Below, piece by piece: positions 58,687-64,000 of a stretch of 64,000 nt of DNA. This DNA comes from Minisyncoccota bacterium (GTDB taxonomy: Bacteria > Patescibacteriota > Minisyncoccia > Phycocordibacterales > PALSA-1337). The position numbers and the translations under genes are program-made. Below the pieces are notes generated by a model that saw nothing but the letters and a program-made list of their open reading frames with translations, was not told the DNA's origin and did no database searches. Numbering within the stretch: the first letter of the stretch is position 1; each line of letters starts with the position of its first letter. The DNA lies in NCBI GenBank assembly GCA_041666915.1, contig JBAYFZ010000001.1, positions 201,086 through 265,085 on the forward strand, read 5' to 3'.

Positions 58687-59634
58687 TTACAAGACTCCTA
58701 TCTTAGCTTTTACATCCAAAAGCTTTTTTCCAGCTACTTCATTGGCTTTCAAACTTCCCTTTTTCAATACTTCAATAATAAAGTCTTGATTCTTGGCCAA
58801 TTCTTCGCGCTTTTCTCGGAGAGGTTTGATGAAAGCATCAATATCTTCTATCAAAGATTCTTTCAAGATCTTGTACTTGCCTGAGTTTTTTGCATAAAAA
58901 TCTTTTAATTCGGAATCGGTTTTGAAAAGTTTGTGAATAGCATAGACATTTTCTGGAATACCTGCACCAGAATCAGTCACAATACTCATGACAGCCTTTG
59001 TGATCTCCTCACGAGTAGCAAAAAGTGGAATTGTATTGTTATAACTCTTGGACATTTTGCGACCATCAATACCTGGGACTGTAGCAACATTTTCCAAAAT
59101 AAGAGATTCTGGTAATTTGAAAGTCTCTCCGAAGATATGATTGAATTTCTCTGCGATATCGCGGGCATACTCTATATGTTGTTTCTGATCCTGTCCTACT
59201 GGCACAACATCTGTACCATAAAGCAAAATATCGGCAGCCATAAGTACTGGATAATTGAAAGTTCCTACATTGATCTCTTTGTTTTTAGCCTCAGCGTCTT
59301 TGAAAGCATGTGCACGCATGAGGTATGGCATTGTTACTATTGTGTCAAAAATCCAAGCGAGCTCGGTATGAGCCGAGACGTCTGATTGTTTGAAGATTGT
59401 AGTAGTTTCAGGATTAAGCCCTATAGCCAAATAATCAATAACAAGATCCGTAATAAACTTCTCCATTTTTGATCTATCTTGAATAAAATTCAAAGCGTGA
59501 TAATTAGCAAGAAAGATAAAACAATCATAGTTATTTGATTTTTGTAAATCGACAAACTGTTTCATTGCTCCAAAATAATTACCAATATGTGGTCGTCCAG
59601 TTGGTTGTACACCAGAAAGTATTATTTTTTTCAT
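58687..59634 (-). CDS. trpS: Tryptophan--tRNA ligase
   Basis: SGVQPTG.PHIGNY, YPVLMAADIL, VPVGQDQ, KMSKS. Confidence 0.97.
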   Translation of the reverse strand: MKKIILSGVQPTGRPHIGNYFGAMKQFVDLQKSNNYDCFIFLANYHALNFIQDRSKMEKFITDLVIDYLAIGLNPETTTIFKQSDVSAHTELAWIFDTIVTMPYLMRAHAFKDAEAKNKEINVGTFNYPVLMAADILLYGTDVVPVGQDQKQHIEYARDIAEKFNHIFGETFKLPESLILENVATVPGIDGRKMSKSYNNTIPLFATREEITKAVMSIVTDSGAGIPENVYAIHKLFKTDSELKDFYAKNSGKYKILKESLIEDIDAFIKPLREKREELAKNQDFIIEVLKKGSLKANEVAGKKLLDVKAKIGVL

Positions 59635-59730
59635 AGACTGATTATAACAAATAAGGTCAGTGGTGCACAGTCTCGGAAGAGTCCTGCCATATTCTTTTCA
59701 TGAATCCGAGTATTTCTCCAACTTTTTGTT

Positions 59731-59866
59731 GTCATTCCCGCGAAGGCGGGAATCCAGGATATAACCACTAAATACAGATATCAAAAAACATAGTTCAGTT
59801 ATTTAAATCACTTTATAAAACTATTATCTCGTAATAATCCTGGATTCCCGCCTTCGCGGGAATGAC
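59731..59866. repeat. dRS3-like REP doublet, copy 7
   Basis: Inverted arms 4 bp from the dnaJ stop. Confidence 0.95.
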
Positions 59867-59870
59867 ACAA

Positions 59871-60977
59871 CTAAATTCCTTCTCGTTTCAAATCTTCAAT
59901 AGCCTTCCTTGCATCCTTTGACAACCTCTTTGGCATTTCAACATTTATCTTTATAAGCAAATCACCTCTCCTGTCACCACTTGGAACGCCTTTGCCTTTT
60001 ACACGAAGAATGTCACCATTATTGGTTCCTTCTGGAATTTTGACGACAATATCACCGTCAAGAGTTTTGAATGTAACTTCACCACCAATCAAAGCTTGAG
60101 TAAGTTTGATTTTTAGTTCCGCAACAAGGTTGTGACCTTCTTTACGAATATGAGAATGTTGTTTGACATGAATCTTTACATAAAGATCACCACTAACACC
60201 AAAAGGTATAGCTTCACCCATTCCTGTGAGACGCATGGACTGACCATCTTCTATACCTTCAGGAATCTTGACGGCAATTTCTTGAGCTCTTTCTTTGACG
60301 CCAGTACCATGACAAGTTCCACATTTGGAAGAAGGTACGTGACCTAGGCCGTGACAATTGTCACAAACTCTGGTTGTATTGAAAACTCCAATGAATGACC
60401 TGCGGGTTTCATTTATCTTGCCTCTACCATTACAAGTGTCACATTTGTGCATAGAAGAACCTTTTTCAGCTCCACTACCTTGGCAAGTCAAACATTTTGA
60501 TGATTTTGTAACCAAGAGATCTTTTTCAACGCCAAAAATAGATTCTTCAAAAGAAATGAGTAAGTCAACAGAAATATCACGACCCCTCTCATCTGCGGCT
60601 CGTCTTGAACTAGATCTTCCACCTTGACCAAAGAATTCTCCAAAGATATCACCTAGATCAAATTCAAATCCTTGACCATTGCCTTGCTGAAATCCAGAGA
60701 AATCAAAACCACCAAAACCTCCTTGTGGGTTGAAACCACCACCATTGAAACCAGCTCCACCAGGTCCAGCTGAACCATAGGTATCGTATTGCTGGCGTTT
60801 ACCATCATCTGACAATATAGAATAAGCCTCACTGGCTTCTTTGAACTTTTGAGAAGCGGTGGGGTCATTTTTAGTTTTATCTGGATGATATTGATGCGCC
60901 AATTTTCTAAAGGCCTTTTTTATATCGTCCTTGGAAGCACCTTTTTCAACACCTAATGTTTTGTAATAATCTTTCAT
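59871..60977 (-). CDS. dnaJ: Chaperone DnaJ
   Basis: HPD J-domain, G/F region, four CxxCxGxG repeats. Confidence 0.98.
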   Translation of the reverse strand: MKDYYKTLGVEKGASKDDIKKAFRKLAHQYHPDKTKNDPTASQKFKEASEAYSILSDDGKRQQYDTYGSAGPGGAGFNGGGFNPQGGFGGFDFSGFQQGNGQGFEFDLGDIFGEFFGQGGRSSSRRAADERGRDISVDLLISFEESIFGVEKDLLVTKSSKCLTCQGSGAEKGSSMHKCDTCNGRGKINETRRSFIGVFNTTRVCDNCHGLGHVPSSKCGTCHGTGVKERAQEIAVKIPEGIEDGQSMRLTGMGEAIPFGVSGDLYVKIHVKQHSHIRKEGHNLVAELKIKLTQALIGGEVTFKTLDGDIVVKIPEGTNNGDILRVKGKGVPSGDRRGDLLIKINVEMPKRLSKDARKAIEDLKREGI

Positions 60978-61111
60978 ATTTGACGATTAATGTTTGCCAT
61001 GTTATCATACTTTTAGCCGTTTTACAAGTCTTTATGACTTGAAACACTGGTCTTTGAATTAATTTAAAAATGGTCTAACAGAAACTTAAACCAAAAACTA
61101 AAGGATTTATT

Positions 61112-61375
61112 ATGACAAAATTCTTGGTTAAAAATCAAGATGGCAAAGTGCTTGCAGAAATTAAGTTTTCTGGGCACTGCACTATTGAACCTCAAGAGAT
61201 GGGTAGTATCGTATGCGAAACACCTGTTCCAGAAAATGGCTTTCAAAACTTTGAAGTTGGTCGCACAAGAACTCTTGAACCGAAACCTCATTTCACTATC
61301 AGAGAGGTCTCAGAAAAACAATCCAAAGAAAAACAATTGAGAAACATTCTTACAAAAAAGACACGCAGGACGTAG
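61112..61375 (+). CDS. Hypothetical protein
   Basis: 87 aa, AAAGGA SD, inserted between dnaK and dnaJ. Confidence 0.6.
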   Translation: MTKFLVKNQDGKVLAEIKFSGHCTIEPQEMGSIVCETPVPENGFQNFEVGRTRTLEPKPHFTIREVSEKQSKEKQLRNILTKKTRRT

Positions 61376-61437
61376 GTTGGTTTTAGAAAGGAAACCGAGG
61401 TAAGCCTAAACAAGAAAACCTAAAACATTGAAATGTT

Positions 61438-61653
61438 ATGCTATTAAGATCAGATCTATCAATAACTTGCTTCCATAGAACAAAGAAAAGGGCTCGAATG
61501 ATTGAAGATGAGGTGAAAACAGGGACTGTCCGTTGTTATGGGTGTAAAAATCACATACCCAAAGAGACAGTAGCGATGAAAATGGTTGATTCGCGTGGTA
61601 AGACAATCCACTGGTTCCACAATATAAAATGTTTCAACCTATACCACCGCTAA
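61438..61653 (+). CDS. Small putative Zn-binding protein
   Basis: CYGC ... FHNIKC; followed by an AAGACCCTCA...TGAGGGTCTTTT terminator. Confidence 0.5.
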   Translation: MLLRSDLSITCFHRTKKRARMIEDEVKTGTVRCYGCKNHIPKETVAMKMVDSRGKTIHWFHNIKCFNLYHR

Positions 61654-61674
61654 CCCAATTCTCAGCCAGTAATC

Positions 61675-61762
61675 TCACAAAGACCCTCACACTTTCTCCA
61701 ACGAAAGCAGTGAGGGTCTTTTTTATCACTCCGAAAAAACGTCGAACTTTTCGACGTTTTTT
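61675..61762. repeat. Direct repeat (terminator plus AAAAAACGTCGA palindrome), left copy
   Basis: tcacaaagaccctca...gagggtcttttttatcactccgaaaaaacgtcgaacttttcgacgtttttt; recurs at 63353. Confidence 0.8.
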
Positions 61763-61765
61763 ATA

Positions 61766-62776
61766 TTATGATACTAATAGGTTAGTCACCAAAGCCACCA
61801 TCACCTCTTTTTCTTTTGGATCACTTTCTGCAATAAGGAGTGCTAGGGCAACCAAAGTATTATCATTAATTTTCTTTTCTCCGTTTGGACGGATCAAGAT
61901 GCCATTGATCTGTAAAAATGAAATGAACAAGAAAGAACCGACTCGTTTATTACCATCAGAGAAAGGATGATCTTTGATAATAAAGTACAATAAATGTGCA
62001 GCTTTTTCTTCAAGACTTGAATACAATTCTTTACCACCAAACGTTTGATAAATTGTTTTCAAGATACCTTGGAATGAGCCGTCGCGCTCAGAACTGAACA
62101 ATTCCCCAGCCTCAGCTTTTCCAATCAAATTTTCCTTCAATCTATCAACAGCTGGTCGGACAAATTCATAGTCAAAGCGTCGCTTTTCCTTACCTTTACT
62201 CTTTTTCAATAAAATTCCGCCTTCATCATACTCTTTAAGAAGTAACCAAGCATTTGAATAACCGTCAATAACGGATAATAAACCGTCAACTTCATTTTTG
62301 TTGAGTTCTCGTCTCTGAATTGTACGTTGAATAAACTTAATTTTTTGATCAAGATCTTTGAGAATCTTTTCAGGAAGTTGTTTGATACGGTCAGTATTCA
62401 TCACAATACCCTTCATAAGATACTCTCTTAGAGTCTTGGTAGCCCAGATACGGAATTGAGTTGCTTGTTTAGAATTAACGCGATAGCCGACAGAAAGAAT
62501 AGCGTCGAGATTATAGAATTTAACCTTGTATTTCTTACCATCTTCGGCAGTATGTTCCAAAATGGAACTGACTGAATTTTCATTCAATTCTCCAGAATCA
62601 AATATGTTTTTAAAATGTTTCGTAATCGCCGGTCTTTGGATTCCAAAAAGTTTAGCAATCTGGTCTTGAGTTCCCCAAATAGTCTCCTTCCCAACATCCG
62701 CTCGTAACTCAACTCCACCCTTCTGACCACTGTAAATAATCAACTCCCCTGTATTTTTGACTTCTTTTTTGTTCAT
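61766..62776 (-). CDS. RhuM-Fic/Doc fusion protein
   Basis: ETIW.TQ.QIA.LF, YNLDAILSVGYRVNS, FRIWAT; HPFSDGNKR Doc-type motif. Confidence 0.92.
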   Translation of the reverse strand: MNKKEVKNTGELIIYSGQKGGVELRADVGKETIWGTQDQIAKLFGIQRPAITKHFKNIFDSGELNENSVSSILEHTAEDGKKYKVKFYNLDAILSVGYRVNSKQATQFRIWATKTLREYLMKGIVMNTDRIKQLPEKILKDLDQKIKFIQRTIQRRELNKNEVDGLLSVIDGYSNAWLLLKEYDEGGILLKKSKGKEKRRFDYEFVRPAVDRLKENLIGKAEAGELFSSERDGSFQGILKTIYQTFGGKELYSSLEEKAAHLLYFIIKDHPFSDGNKRVGSFLFISFLQINGILIRPNGEKKINDNTLVALALLIAESDPKEKEVMVALVTNLLVS

Positions 62777-63020
62777 ATGTTTATAAAATTAATTAATAAT
62801 TATTTCCTGTAACAAAAAACCGCCTCTCACTCCTTTTCGACGGTTTTTCGTTCGCTAGAAATTGAAATTTGTTACTACAATTTTACGCTTGTTAAAAAAT
62901 ACCACAACTTGACATAATAGTAACTACAATGTTAATGTTTTATTAAACAGTTAAAGGGTTAATACCCTTTATTCAAGGCATTGGAATGCTTTGGAAATTA
63001 AACTTAGAAGATGCACATTT

Positions 63021-63326
63021 ATGAGAGTCTTATTATTGTTCCTTGATACCGTTGATTATAATCGAGAAGCTTCAAAGATTGTCAATCTACCACAAAATAT
63101 CAATCCGTTTATTGGAATGACAATCCACACTGAAAATGACCTCAGTCTTGTCGTTAAAAAAGTGGAAGCGTCTATTGATCAGAAAGATACACCGGAAGAA
63201 CCATCAATTACATTAATATTGGAAGATGAGCTTATTGATGACGCAAAAGAAATCGAGCAACGTAAAAAAATACTCGATATCAATTTTGAAGTTCTTAAAG
63301 AGACTGGCTGGGAAACAAATTTCTAA
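63021..63326 (+). CDS. Hypothetical acidic protein
   Basis: TTGACA promoter upstream, shared terminator downstream; start uncertain. Confidence 0.6.
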   Translation: MRVLLLFLDTVDYNREASKIVNLPQNINPFIGMTIHTENDLSLVVKKVEASIDQKDTPEEPSITLILEDELIDDAKEIEQRKKILDINFEVLKETGWETNF

Positions 63327-63352
63327 CTTTCACCGAAGAATGACCTTCACCA

Positions 63353-63423
63353 TCACAAAGACCCTCATCACCGAGGGTCTTTTTTATCATTCCGAAAAAA
63401 CGTCGAAAAGTTCGACGTTTTTT
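63353..63423. repeat. Direct repeat, right copy (palindrome loop inverted)
   Basis: tcacaaagaccctca..gagggtcttttttatcattccgaaaaaacgtcgaaaagttcgacgtttttt. Confidence 0.8.
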
Positions 63424-63439
63424 CATGGTAGTTTTTTCG

Positions 63440-63456
63440 GCTAGGTCGGACCTAGC
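63440..63456. repeat. Short AGGT-N3-ACCT hairpin repeat
   Basis: GCTAGGTcggACCTAGC, 2 bp past the dnaK stop. Confidence 0.6.
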
Positions 63457-63458
63457 TA

Positions 63459-64000
63459 TTACTTCTTCTCCTTAAATTCGGCATCTTTCACATTATCACC
63501 TCCCTCTTTACCGTCACCTGAATTACCAGCCGGCTCCGAATTCCCAGTCTGATTATTCTGCTTGTCCTTCGAAGCTTCAGCGTAGAAGGAACCAATCTTC
63601 TGAATCTCTGTAGAAAGAGCTTCGGTTGCCTTTTTGATAGCTTCTTTATCTGGATTGGAATTATCTTTAGCAGTCTTCAAATCTGCAATCTTATCTTCAA
63701 TTGACTTACGAAGTTCGGCTGGAACTTTTTCACCAGCATCCTTCAAAGCTTTTCCTGCGGTATAAACAAGTTGTTCCGCAATATTTTTTGCTTCAACCGC
63801 TTCATGCTTGGCTTTATCTTCAGCTTCATGAGCAGCAGCTTCTTGCTTCATCTTTTCTACCTCTTCTTTTGAAAGTCCCGAGCTAGCAGTGATCTTGATA
63901 GAATTCGCTTTTCCAGTAGCTTTATCTTTTGCGGTAACATTCAAGATACCGTTTGCATCAACATCAAATGAGACTTCCACTTGAGGCATACCACGAGGTG
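63459..64000 (-). CDS. dnaK: Chaperone DnaK, C-terminal part (5' end outside the window)
   Basis: PRGMPQVEVSFDVDANGIL, AEEDK-like lid, DAEFKEKK tail. Confidence 0.97.
   Translation of the reverse strand, partial: PRGMPQVEVSFDVDANGILNVTAKDKATGKANSIKITASSGLSKEEVEKMKQEAAAHEAEDKAKHEAVEAKNIAEQLVYTAGKALKDAGEKVPAELRKSIEDKIADLKTAKDNSNPDKEAIKKATEALSTEIQKIGSFYAEASKDKQNNQTGNSEPAGNSGDGKEGGDNVKDAEFKEKK

Noticed and set aside
59650-59722. Hairpin upstream of trpS as a T-box riboswitch
   Set aside because: No T-box consensus was seen, and trpS has a leaderless promoter downstream of the hairpin.
7084-59866. Palindromic repeats with variable spacers as a CRISPR array
   Set aside because: They are dispersed inverted pairs, not tandem direct repeats, and there is no cas1 or effector gene.
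1-64000. Alternative genetic code (TGA recoding) or a prophage
   Set aside because: Core genes are full length under code 11 and TGA is used as a stop; no phage structural or packaging genes were recognised.

Overview
AT-rich, gene-dense chromosomal segment. It most likely comes from a Patescibacteria/CPR (Parcubacteria-type) bacterium, inferred from the compact ValS, leaderless TGnTATAAT-N6-ATG promoters, trpS-scpA-scpB-ftsW order, pilin-LamG protein and large Ser/Thr-rich surface proteins. Housekeeping genes: valS, cysS, serS, trpS, dnaX, dprA-topA, parB, miaA, rpmG, alr, uvrB, ftsW, scpAB, dnaJ, dnaK (partial), lexA and four tRNAs (Gln-TTG, Leu-CAA, Trp-CCA, Tyr-GTA). Main unexplained structures: (1) a large serine recombinase next to the tRNA-Gln 3' end, with two further in-register att-like scars (TGCTGG-N7-GGAC) bounding cargo genes, suggesting tandem cassette accretion; (2) a conserved promoter element of 4-6 tandem 11-bp units at a fixed distance from a -10 box, upstream of dprA, a coiled-coil gene and an unannotated 17-aa Cys-containing peptide; (3) free-standing LAGLIDADG-type genes within 10 bp of tRNA-Leu and tRNA-Trp; (4) a NYN nuclease preceded by a separately promoted hairpin RNA; (5) seven dRS3-like REP doublets, two with a shared 30-bp insertion; (6) a cyclodipeptide synthase, a possible signal-peptidase-split surface polyprotein, and ORFans that share SD and terminator sequences. 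All calls are by eye from motifs; no searches were run.
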